35,506 nucleotides of DNA from a virus (lineage: Duplodnaviria > Caudoviricetes), in the IMG/VR virus record IMGVR_UViG_3300046823_000374, positions 1-35,506 of that record; one strand, given 5' to 3'. Position 1 is the stretch's first letter. Every line of letters starts with the position of its first letter. The notes below the pieces were generated by a model. The model saw nothing but the letters and a program-made list of their open reading frames with translations, had not been told where the DNA came from and did no database searches. Made by a program: the position numbers and the translations under genes. Shown piece after piece: positions 16,374 through 25,218 of the stretch.

Positions 16374-17660
16374 ATGCCGGAGCGAACTGTTGTCACAGAG
16401 TTAGTACAGTGTGGTGTGGAAAGTGTTATTGGGACGCTCGTCCCAGCGACGAAGCGCCTCAGCTCGCTCTCGATCGCGCCCGACATCCAGGGCACCGTCA
16501 CGAAGTTCGCGCCGATGGGCACGAAGTTCGACACGCTCAACGTGCTCGGCAAAGAATGGACGGAGTCGGCGATTGATGGCCCGCTGACGTACGACGAGAG
16601 CATCTATGTCCTCTCGACCTTCTTCGCGATGACCCCCGGCGTCCAGATCGGCACGACGGGCGCCTACACCTGGGGCTTCGACATCGCCTCGTCGGCGCCG
16701 GATACCGTCAAGTCGCTCTCCATCGAGCGCGGCTCATCGGTCGGCGCCGAGACGGTTGCGGGGAATGTGGCGCGGGCGCTGAACATCCTCGTCACGCGCG
16801 ATGAGGCGACCTTCAAGGGAACGCTGATGGGCAAGCTGACGACGACGGGGGCGACGCTGACGCCGTCCGTGAACGACGTCAAGAGCCTGCACGCCGTGGC
16901 CGCGGTCACCGGCGGCACCTTCACGATTGCGGCAGGCGGGAACACCACGACAGCGATCACGGGCGCGACGGCGACGGCGACGACCGTGCAGGCGGCGCTC
17001 AACACCGCGACACCAAACGCCATCCCCTATACCGCCGTCGGTGGCAACCTCGCGACGCCGACCGATATTGTCTGCACCGCCTTCGGCACCGGCGTCCAAC
17101 CCGCCTGGACGATCACGCCGACCGGCATCACCGGCGGTCCCGTCAGCGTTGTCCAGGGCGCCGCCGGCGCGGGCCCGAATCCGCTGCCACTGATTCCCGT
17201 CCTGCCGCAGCAGTTCGATGTCTACCTTGACAACAGTGCGGCGGCGCTCGGCACGACGAAACTGCTCCGCGCACTTTCCGTTGAGTTGGACATGGCCGAC
17301 CGGTTCAATCCGCTCTGGGCGATCAACAGCGCGAACACGTCGTATGCCACCACCTATGAGACGAAAATCAAGCCGCAGGTGAAGATGCAGATGGAGCGCG
17401 ACGCGGCGGGCATGGCGCTGGTCGCGGCGATGCGCGCCGGCCAGACGCGGTACATGCGCCTGAAGGCGACGGGGAGCGCGATCGGCACGGCCGCCTACGG
17501 CTTCTCGCTCGACATGGCGCTCCAGGTCTCGGACGCGCCGGCATTCGATGACAAAGACGGACTGTCCACGCTCTCATGGACGCTCGATCTCGTCCACGAT
17601 CCGACCTGGGCGAAGGCGATCCATCTTGACATCGTGAACACTCAGGCGAGTCTGGGCTAG
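16374..17660 (+). CDS. Major tail tube protein with internal accessory domain
   Basis: AAGGAG RBS; Q.GVES..GT.V N-terminus; lies before the chaperone and tape measure genes. Confidence 0.8.
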   Translation: MPERTVVTELVQCGVESVIGTLVPATKRLSSLSIAPDIQGTVTKFAPMGTKFDTLNVLGKEWTESAIDGPLTYDESIYVLSTFFAMTPGVQIGTTGAYTWGFDIASSAPDTVKSLSIERGSSVGAETVAGNVARALNILVTRDEATFKGTLMGKLTTTGATLTPSVNDVKSLHAVAAVTGGTFTIAAGGNTTTAITGATATATTVQAALNTATPNAIPYTAVGGNLATPTDIVCTAFGTGVQPAWTITPTGITGGPVSVVQGAAGAGPNPLPLIPVLPQQFDVYLDNSAAALGTTKLLRALSVELDMADRFNPLWAINSANTSYATTYETKIKPQVKMQMERDAAGMALVAAMRAGQTRYMRLKATGSAIGTAAYGFSLDMALQVSDAPAFDDKDGLSTLSWTLDLVHDPTWAKAIHLDIVNTQASLG

Positions 17661-17669
17661 GAGTCAACT

Positions 17670-18086
17670 TTGAAACTCAGCCAGTTAGTCGAGGATCGCC
17701 GCACGGTGACGATCCCCATCGGATCGGGCGAGCTCACGCTCGGCTATACACCCGCTGGCGTGACACCGCGCATGTACGCGATGGCCGAAGCAGTGCAGCA
17801 GCACCCGGAAAACCGCGGCGCCGAAGTCACATTCCTCGTGAAGTTGCTGCTCGACATGGTGACCGACTGGGACGTGACTGACGACGACGATGCACCGCTG
17901 CCGATCACGGAAGGAACGCTCCTGGACATGCCGGTGCCGATCCTCATGAAGATACTGGACGCGATCGGGGCGGACATTGCCGTCCCAAACGCGTCCAGCG
18001 CGCCCTCCGGGTCTGGCTCGTCACCGGCGGGCTCGCAGGACGCGCTCCCCTCTGGTATCTCGTCATTCGCGCGGGTCGGTACTTAG
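17670..18086 (+). CDS. Tail assembly chaperone (gpG-like)
   Basis: TTG start after AGGAG; VTDWDVTDDDDAPLPIT motif. Confidence 0.8.
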   Translation: MKLSQLVEDRRTVTIPIGSGELTLGYTPAGVTPRMYAMAEAVQQHPENRGAEVTFLVKLLLDMVTDWDVTDDDDAPLPITEGTLLDMPVPILMKILDAIGADIAVPNASSAPSGSGSSPAGSQDALPSGISSFARVGT

Positions 18087-18220
18087 GCGTCGATCCGCGC
18101 TCACTCGCGGACGAGTCGATGGTCTGGGTGCATCGCGCGCTCACCGCCGAATCGGTCGAGGCGCAGGCACGCGCCGAGTTGGAGCGCCGTACCGCAAGCG
18201 GTTCGCGCTTTCGAAGCTAA
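17984..18220 (+). CDS. Tail assembly chaperone -1 frameshift extension (gpGT-like; fusion about 183 aa)
   Basis: Slippery C CCA AAC at 17984-17990; the -1 frame is open to TAA 18218-18220 (RVQRALRVWL...PLWYLVIRAGRYLGVDP...), ending 9 nt before the tape measure start. Confidence 0.8.
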   Translation, partial: PKRVQRALRVWLVTGGLAGRAPLWYLVIRAGRYLGVDPRSLADESMVWVHRALTAESVEAQARAELERRTASGSRFRS

Positions 18221-18229
18221 GAGGGAACT

Positions 18230-20845
18230 GTGCCAATCCAAGCCGCCGAACTCAAAGCGGTCATCACCGCAGATACCTCGCAGGCTGAGAGCGGCATCTC
18301 CGGGTTCGGCAGCAAGCTGGCCGGCCTCGGCACGGCCATCTCCGGTGGCACCGCGCTGATCGGCACGGCCCTCGCCGGCGTCGGTATCGCTGGCGTCAAG
18401 ATGGCGTCGGATCTCCAGACCAGCGTCGCCAATATCAGCAGCATCAAGCCCGACATTGATACGTCCGCTGTCTTCAATAGCCTCGGCGAGATCAGTACGC
18501 GCGTACCGCAGTCGGCGCAATCGCTCGCGGACGGGCTCTACAACATCTTCTCCTCGATTGACATCACGCAGGGAGACGCCCTCAAACTCGTCGAGACGTT
18601 CGGCAAGGGCGCGACCGCGGCGCAGACGGATGTCAACACGTTCGGCACGGCGGTGATGGGCATCATGAACGCCTACGGGCAATCCGTCGGCGACGCCGCG
18701 CATGATTCCGATGTCTTTTTCAATACGGTGAAAGCCGGTGTCGTGACGGGTCCGGAACTCGCGGCGAACCTCGGCATGGTGACGCAATCCGCGAAGGGCG
18801 CGGGCATCGGCTTCGATGAGTTGGGCGCGCTGATCGTCGGCGTGACGAAAGAGGGCGGGCCGGCCGCGCAGAATATCAATAACCTTTCAAACCTGCTCCA
18901 GAAGATCCACACGCCCGATGCGACGAAGGGCTTTCAAGCTCTCGGCATCGCCACCACGGACACAGCGGGCAAGTTTCGCAGCGTGACCGACGTGATGGGC
19001 GATCTGCAAACGCGGCTCGGGACGATGACCGAGGCGCAGCGCAACGCCTATATCCAGAAGATTTTCCCCGATCTGCAGGCCCAGACCGCCGCGCGTGTCC
19101 TGATGGGAGAACTCGACAGCGTGCGCACCGCGCTCCAGGAGAACGCGGACGGGGCGGGCAGCACCGAGGCCGCCTATCAGAAGATGAGCCAGACCGCGTC
19201 GGCGCAGTTCCAGTTGCTGAAGAACACCGGCGTACGCGTGCTGACGCAGTTGGGCGCGGCGATCCTGCCGGTGATTACGCCGCTCCTCGTCGCCTTCAAT
19301 CAGCAGTTGCCCGGCGCAATCAAAGCGTTCCAGGCCGCGACCGAAGGCGCGGGCGGTGGCGCCGGCCTGACCAAGTTGCAGACGATTGCCTTCGCGCTCG
19401 GCAAGGCCTTCCAGTTCGTGCGCGATAGCGTGCTGACGTTCGTGCAGGCGCTCCAGGGCAACTGGACGGATGCGCCGGGCATCGTCGGCTTCCAGGCGGC
19501 GCTCGGCAATCTCGGACTGTTCATTCGCAACGTCGTCATCCCGGCCGTGCAGGCGTTCGCGGCGTGGGTGACAGGGTCGCTGATCCCCGCGATCCAGCAG
19601 GCGGCCGCCTTCATCAGCGCCAACGTCATTCCGGCGCTGCAGCAGTTCAGCGCCTGGTTCATGGCCGTGGGCCTGCCGGCCATCCAGCAGTTCGCGGCAC
19701 AGGTACAGACCTTCTTCCGGGATCAGATCGTGCCGGCGATCGAGGCGGTCGCGAAGACCGTCCTGCCGATGCTGGCGCAGGCGTGGCAGACGATCTCGAC
19801 CGAGATCATTCCGACCGTCGTGGCGATCGCGACGACGGTGAAGAACAACTTCCAGGCGATCGCCGACTTCATTACGGCACACGGAGAAGCGATCAAGAAC
19901 ATCATCTCCGGCGTCTGGACCATCATCAGCGCGACGATCGGCAACGAACTGAACATCATTTCCAATGCGATTGCCCTCGTGATGAATCTGATCCAGGGCG
20001 ACTGGGGCGGTGCCTGGCAGAACGTGCAGAACATCGTCACCGGCATCTGGAACACGATGCAGACGCTCGCCGGCGTCTGGATGGACGCGCTGCATGCGAT
20101 TGTCGGCACGGGGATGGATGCGATCAAGGCGCTGATCCAGACCGCGTGGGACGGCATCAAGAGCGCGGCGCAATCCGCGTGGGACGGCATCCAATCGCTG
20201 ATCGAGACGGCACTGAACGCGATCCAGACGACGGCGCAGTCGGTCTGGGACGGAATCAAATCGGCGGCACAATCCGCGTGGGATGGCATCAAAACGGCGG
20301 CGAGCAATGGGCTGGATGGCATCCGTGGTGTGCTTTCGGACGCGATCGGTTGGGCGGCCAGCCTCGCGACGAGCATCGGCAGCGCCATCGTTGACGGCAT
20401 GGTCAACGGCGTGCGCGGTGCCGCGGGCCGGCTCGCGGGGGCGGCGCGCGATGCGGTTGGTGGCGCATTAGGTGCGGCGAAAGCCTTCATCCAGCCCGGT
20501 TCACCATCGCGTCTCTTCGCCAATGAGATCGGCATCCCCATCGCACAGGGCATTGCCAGGGGGATCGCAACCGGCGCTGGCGACATCAGCAATGCCCTTA
20601 CCCGCGCGACCGCGCCGCAGTCCTTCGCCTTTTCCACCGGCGCGCTCGGCGGGCTGACGCCGGCGGGGGCAGGAGCGTCCAGCCGAGGTGGCGGGGCAAG
20701 TCCGGTCACGGTGACGCTCGCACCGGGCGCGGTGCAGGTCTATGGCGCCGCCGGGCAGAGCGAGGAATCGATCGCAAACCGTGTGATTGACAAGCTCAGC
20801 AACGTCTTCACCATCACCGGCCGCCAATACGGCCTCAGCATGTAA
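18230..20845 (+). CDS. Tape measure protein (TP901-like)
   Basis: 871 aa, Ala-rich helical; AWDGIK repeats with 11-aa period; PGSPSRLF motif. Confidence 0.95.
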   Translation: MPIQAAELKAVITADTSQAESGISGFGSKLAGLGTAISGGTALIGTALAGVGIAGVKMASDLQTSVANISSIKPDIDTSAVFNSLGEISTRVPQSAQSLADGLYNIFSSIDITQGDALKLVETFGKGATAAQTDVNTFGTAVMGIMNAYGQSVGDAAHDSDVFFNTVKAGVVTGPELAANLGMVTQSAKGAGIGFDELGALIVGVTKEGGPAAQNINNLSNLLQKIHTPDATKGFQALGIATTDTAGKFRSVTDVMGDLQTRLGTMTEAQRNAYIQKIFPDLQAQTAARVLMGELDSVRTALQENADGAGSTEAAYQKMSQTASAQFQLLKNTGVRVLTQLGAAILPVITPLLVAFNQQLPGAIKAFQAATEGAGGGAGLTKLQTIAFALGKAFQFVRDSVLTFVQALQGNWTDAPGIVGFQAALGNLGLFIRNVVIPAVQAFAAWVTGSLIPAIQQAAAFISANVIPALQQFSAWFMAVGLPAIQQFAAQVQTFFRDQIVPAIEAVAKTVLPMLAQAWQTISTEIIPTVVAIATTVKNNFQAIADFITAHGEAIKNIISGVWTIISATIGNELNIISNAIALVMNLIQGDWGGAWQNVQNIVTGIWNTMQTLAGVWMDALHAIVGTGMDAIKALIQTAWDGIKSAAQSAWDGIQSLIETALNAIQTTAQSVWDGIKSAAQSAWDGIKTAASNGLDGIRGVLSDAIGWAASLATSIGSAIVDGMVNGVRGAAGRLAGAARDAVGGALGAAKAFIQPGSPSRLFANEIGIPIAQGIARGIATGAGDISNALTRATAPQSFAFSTGALGGLTPAGAGASSRGGGASPVTVTLAPGAVQVYGAAGQSEESIANRVIDKLSNVFTITGRQYGLSM

Positions 20846-20856
20846 GGGGCGGAGTC

Positions 20857-21756
20857 ATGTCCAATATCCGCACCCTCACGACGATCACGGACCTGGTGGT
20901 CGGCACCACCTATGCGGTCTCCGCGCTCGAGCAGCACGTCAAGATGCCGTGGAGCCGGCGGCAGACGTCGCTCACGCTCGGCGACGCGCCGGGCGCGTGG
21001 GATCCCCGGCTCCACGGCTCGGCGCCCGTAGACGCGCGCACGATCGATGTCGAGCTCACGGTCAAGTACGACGCCACCATCACGGATTTTACGGCGGCAT
21101 GGAGCGCCTTTCTGCGCGGGCCGGGAACCGGCGTCCTCGTGCAGCTGACCTTCGTCGAACCGAACGGGGTGTCGTGGTACGCGGACGCGAAGTGTATCAG
21201 CGCGGACATGGAAACGCTGACCGACTATTTCTCCTACTGCGTGATCCCGGCGAGCTTCTTCCTCGCCAGTCCCTATCTCTATCTGGCGGACGCGACGCCG
21301 CGCGCGGACAGCGGCCTCAATGCGGACGCGGGCAGCACGGCCGACGCTGTCAATCCAACGACAACCATCACGAGTAACTCCACGACGATGACCTTCACGA
21401 ACCCAGGGACATTGCCGGACGAGGGTGCGAAGCTCCTGTTGGCAGGACCGCTGGCGGCGCCAATCACGGTAACGAACTTCAACGCGGCGACCTACAACCG
21501 GGAGAACGGCACCTATCGCACCCTTTCCTACGCGCTGCCGCTCGCAGCGGGCGAAACCCTGACCGTCGACAGCGGCACCGGCGATGTCCTGAGCAGCAGC
21601 ATCGGATCAGCGGCATATCCATACTTCACGTCTGATAACGCCACGGTCTCCGCGCTGCCGATCGGTCCGGGCAGTAACCAACTCCTCGTCACGACCGGGA
21701 GCGCGAGCGGGCAGAACGGCCGCGTCACCGTGGTGTACCGGCCCCTGACATTATAG
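20857..21756 (+). CDS. Distal tail protein (Dit-like)
   Basis: Follows the tape measure; F.LASPY, TNPGT, GETLTVDS, IGPGSNQL, V.YRP motifs. Confidence 0.8.
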   Translation: MSNIRTLTTITDLVVGTTYAVSALEQHVKMPWSRRQTSLTLGDAPGAWDPRLHGSAPVDARTIDVELTVKYDATITDFTAAWSAFLRGPGTGVLVQLTFVEPNGVSWYADAKCISADMETLTDYFSYCVIPASFFLASPYLYLADATPRADSGLNADAGSTADAVNPTTTITSNSTTMTFTNPGTLPDEGAKLLLAGPLAAPITVTNFNAATYNRENGTYRTLSYALPLAAGETLTVDSGTGDVLSSSIGSAAYPYFTSDNATVSALPIGPGSNQLLVTTGSASGQNGRVTVVYRPLTL

Positions 21757-21772
21757 GAATCGAGGCACCTGG

Positions 21773-23641
21773 ATGCCGCTTGGTACGATCACGCAGTTCC
21801 CGTTCGCTGGCGCGCTGACGGCAGCGAACCTGAACGCGCCCGTGAATAGCCTGAAGACCCTCGTCGATGCGTGGTACGACGCCGTGCCGACCACCTATTT
21901 CACGGTGGCGAACATGGTCTCGACGAGCACGCCGAACAAGGGCGTGTTGCGGGATGCCAGTGCCGGCTTTCAGGCAGGCGCGGTCATCCTGCAGCAACCG
22001 GCCGCGGGTGGCGTCACGTTGCTGCTCCGCGCCTTCGACGCCACGACGCAAGCGCTCATCACCGGCCAAACAAACACCGGGGTCTCCACGTTCAGCTTCA
22101 ATAATCTCGGTGCGGCAACGCTCGCATCGCTGGTCCTGACCGGTTCGCCGCTCGGCGCGGCATCGGGCGGCACCGGCAAGGTGACGAATACCGCCGGGCG
22201 ATTGCTGCTCGGCAATGGCACGGGTGCGATGACCGAGTTGGCCGGCGCCGCGGATGGCCAGGTCGCCGTCTGGACCGCGGCTGCCGGCGGTGCGTGGCTC
22301 GCGGGTGGCGTCTCGCAGTTGGTGGTGACGGACTCACTCGCCACACCGGGTGCCGCAGCGCAGATCAACGTCGCCGCACAGAAGCCGTACGTCGATAGCA
22401 ACGGCCAGATCATCGGCCCGCTGACCGCTTCCGTTGCCGGTCTCCCGACGCAGCCGACCGGCACCCATTTCCAGTATGTCGCCATCTCCCGTGCTCCCGG
22501 CACGGGGTCGCTGACCGTGACGCCGGGCACGCTTGACGCGGCGGAATCGACGCTCGTCGTCCCGCAGGGCAACGACCCGATCGCGAGTGTTCTGTGGCCG
22601 GGCGTCACGACGTTGCCCTCGGGGATTGTCCCCGCCGCCAACATCAAGGATGTGCGCGGTCCGCGCTACGGTCTGGGCAGCGCGTCGTCCGGGGTCGCCG
22701 GCACGATCGCGGCGCTGACGGCCGGTGATGTCACGGCGACGTATCCGAACACGAAAGACGTGACGAATCCGGCCACGTCACTCGGCATCCATCCCACGCT
22801 TGTGCGCCAGACGACGGCAACAGCCTCGGTCACCGACCTGCTGAAGCTCAATGCGGCCCCACGCTTTGGGCTGACGCTCTCGGCTTCCGGCGCAACCGTG
22901 CGCTGCCAGGGGACGACGAACGCGCCCGTCGCGCTCGAGGTCGCGGGGCAATACTGCGTCCTCACCACGACGGTCACGAGCAACGCCGCGAGCGGAGCTG
23001 CCGGGACCTATTACCTCTTCGCGGACCGCACGCCCGCCACACTGACCGCGCAATCATTGCCCGCGAACGCGTTCACGATTGCCATCGCGACCTCGAATGT
23101 CGCGACCGCGACGCAGCGCCTGATTGGCAGCGCCTTCTTCGATGGCACGAACATCGATGTCGGCGTGACGTCGGGCGCGATCGCCGCCGTCACGGACCTG
23201 ACGCCGATGCAGGTCCTCGGCTCCGGCCAGCTCAAACCGACGTCCCTCGTCAGTGTCAAGTCCACGCCGACCGCCGTCTCGACGACGACGTTTCTCGCGA
23301 CCGTGGTCGGCAACAACGTCATCACGTATTGTCCGCAGACCGCGCTGTTGTTTTTCACCGCCACGATCGGCTTTGACACACCGTCGCTCGTCGGCTTGCA
23401 AATGGAGTTCGCGCTGGGCGACGTCATCACGGGTGCGGCCGCCAGCGCCGCGGCGAATGTCGACCCTTTACAGATCGTTGCCACCTCGACCTCGCAAAAC
23501 GAGCGGCGGACCTACGCCGGTATCGCGACGCTGTCCGGTGGCAACTCGCACGTGATCAATGTCTATGCACGATGCCTGCAAGCGAGTCAGTCGTTCAACG
23601 TCAATCTCGTCCGCATCAGCGGCTTACTGTTCACCAGTTGA
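21773..23641 (+). CDS. Minor tail / fibre protein
   Basis: 622 aa, Thr/Ala/Gly-rich; LTAANLN N-terminus; PLGAASGGTG fibre motif. Confidence 0.7.
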   Translation: MPLGTITQFPFAGALTAANLNAPVNSLKTLVDAWYDAVPTTYFTVANMVSTSTPNKGVLRDASAGFQAGAVILQQPAAGGVTLLLRAFDATTQALITGQTNTGVSTFSFNNLGAATLASLVLTGSPLGAASGGTGKVTNTAGRLLLGNGTGAMTELAGAADGQVAVWTAAAGGAWLAGGVSQLVVTDSLATPGAAAQINVAAQKPYVDSNGQIIGPLTASVAGLPTQPTGTHFQYVAISRAPGTGSLTVTPGTLDAAESTLVVPQGNDPIASVLWPGVTTLPSGIVPAANIKDVRGPRYGLGSASSGVAGTIAALTAGDVTATYPNTKDVTNPATSLGIHPTLVRQTTATASVTDLLKLNAAPRFGLTLSASGATVRCQGTTNAPVALEVAGQYCVLTTTVTSNAASGAAGTYYLFADRTPATLTAQSLPANAFTIAIATSNVATATQRLIGSAFFDGTNIDVGVTSGAIAAVTDLTPMQVLGSGQLKPTSLVSVKSTPTAVSTTTFLATVVGNNVITYCPQTALLFFTATIGFDTPSLVGLQMEFALGDVITGAAASAAANVDPLQIVATSTSQNERRTYAGIATLSGGNSHVINVYARCLQASQSFNVNLVRISGLLFTS

Positions 23642-23654
23642 GAGTGAGGTCCTG

Positions 23655-24977
23655 ATGCCGCTCCTGCTCGCCGGTCTGCGTCTCTGGTGGCTGATCCGCA
23701 CCACACGTCTGCTGACCGACGCCTACGCACCCGGAACGCCCGTCGTGTTCACCCACGATTATGCCGCGCTCAACAACAATGTCGCGGACGGTTCGCCGGG
23801 GTTCCCGGTCACGACGGCCGGTCCGACCCTGCGCATCTCACGGACCGAACAGTTCAATCCGCGCATCGATGACGGCAATAATGAGTCGAACGCGGGAATC
23901 CTCGTCAATACGTATGCGATGCATCTCACCGCCCAGCAGACCGTGGCAATCTTCGGGATCGCGCAATCGGAAGGGATGACCGCGGCCGAGAAGACGGCCT
24001 ACGATACCGCCCATCCGGGTGCGCCGGCCAATAATGATGCCGTCGGCGTGATGGGCCTTGCCAACGCGCGGACGGGCAATCGCGGCGGCGCCGCCGGCGG
24101 GTACTTCCGCGGCATGCGCAACGATACGAACGGCACGTGCTCCGTCATGGAGGGCTGTGTCGTCAATGGCTCCGACCCCGGACCGGCCGCGCCGCCGGAT
24201 GGCACGATCAGCGCGAGCGCTCCGTCGACCGTGGCGGGCTTCGTCGCCACCTGCACCGGCCGCGGTGGCAAGGGTGGGGACGCATTCGTGGTGCACAGCG
24301 CCGATGGTGGCACCACGCGGTGGCGCGTCGCCTTCCATTCAACGACGCTGGGCGCGACGGACAACAGCATCCGCGTGGATTCATCTGAGCCCGTCGTCGC
24401 ACTGGTCAACGGCACACACGGCGGTTTGATCGATGCCAGCGGCGCGACGTTCGACGGCAGTCGCCCGGTGATGAAGATCACGTCGGTGAAGAATCTGCTG
24501 GACGGGAATGCCAATCTCGACCTCTCGGTGATCCCCGCCAACCTCATCACCAACCGGATCCTCAACTACGTGGCAAACACGGACACCATCGCCGGTTCGG
24601 TTGCGGCGAGTACGCTGACCGATCTGTGCGCGAATCAGAGTTTCACCGTAGCGGATGCGAGCAGTGTGGTCATCTTCCACGTCCGCGGTCATGTCCAGGC
24701 AAACCCGGCAACGCTCGGCTCGGTCGCGGTGACGCTCCTGATCGATTCGGCGGGGACACCGCAGACGTTCAAGCTCTCCGGGAGCACCATCGCGGCCGGC
24801 GGGTACGCGAACGCCCTTGCCGGGGCGGGCAGCGTGGTCGTGACCGGGCTGGCGGCCGGGAGTCACACCGTGAAGGTGCAGATCCAGGCGCAGATGACGA
24901 CGACGGTCAACTGCCGCGCGAACACGCAAGCGGCCTACGAGCATCTGGCGATTCAGGCTGTGGAGGTCCGGCGATGA
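23655..24977 (+). CDS. Minor tail / receptor-binding protein (putative)
   Basis: GAGG RBS; beta-rich; C-terminal GLAAGSHTVKVQ beta-sandwich motif. Confidence 0.65.
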   Translation: MPLLLAGLRLWWLIRTTRLLTDAYAPGTPVVFTHDYAALNNNVADGSPGFPVTTAGPTLRISRTEQFNPRIDDGNNESNAGILVNTYAMHLTAQQTVAIFGIAQSEGMTAAEKTAYDTAHPGAPANNDAVGVMGLANARTGNRGGAAGGYFRGMRNDTNGTCSVMEGCVVNGSDPGPAAPPDGTISASAPSTVAGFVATCTGRGGKGGDAFVVHSADGGTTRWRVAFHSTTLGATDNSIRVDSSEPVVALVNGTHGGLIDASGATFDGSRPVMKITSVKNLLDGNANLDLSVIPANLITNRILNYVANTDTIAGSVAASTLTDLCANQSFTVADASSVVIFHVRGHVQANPATLGSVAVTLLIDSAGTPQTFKLSGSTIAAGGYANALAGAGSVVVTGLAAGSHTVKVQIQAQMTTTVNCRANTQAAYEHLAIQAVEVRR

Positions 24978-25216
24978 TGGACAAAACGTGCGCCGCAGCG
25001 CTCGCCGCGGACGACCTGGCGTATCACGACCGCGTCGTCGCCGAAGAGGCCGCTGCCCAGCAACTCCTCCAGCAGGCGCAGATCCGGGCCGCCAAGGCAG
25101 AAGCGGTCGCGTCCTCCTGGTGGGCGCACCTCAAGGATTCCTATGCGCTCGTCGAGGAGGACACCGTCGCTCCGGATGGCACCATCAGCCGTGTGCCGCG
25201 TGCGGCGGATGCGTAG
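24974..25216 (+). CDS. Small helical protein (possible fibre chaperone)
   Basis: GGAGG RBS; ATGA overlap; 80 aa. Confidence 0.6.
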   Translation: MMDKTCAAALAADDLAYHDRVVAEEAAAQQLLQQAQIRAAKAEAVASSWWAHLKDSYALVEEDTVAPDGTISRVPRAADA

Positions 25217-25218
25217 CG

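Noticed and set aside
20130-20300. Nucleotide repeats in the tape measure gene as a separate repeat element
   Set aside because: They reflect the normal 11-residue Trp-periodic repeats of tape measure proteins.
12529-20709. Long antisense ORFs such as 12529-13620, 18887-20272 and 19723-20709
   Set aside because: They are shadows of GC3-rich structural genes on the opposite strand, with no motifs or RBS.
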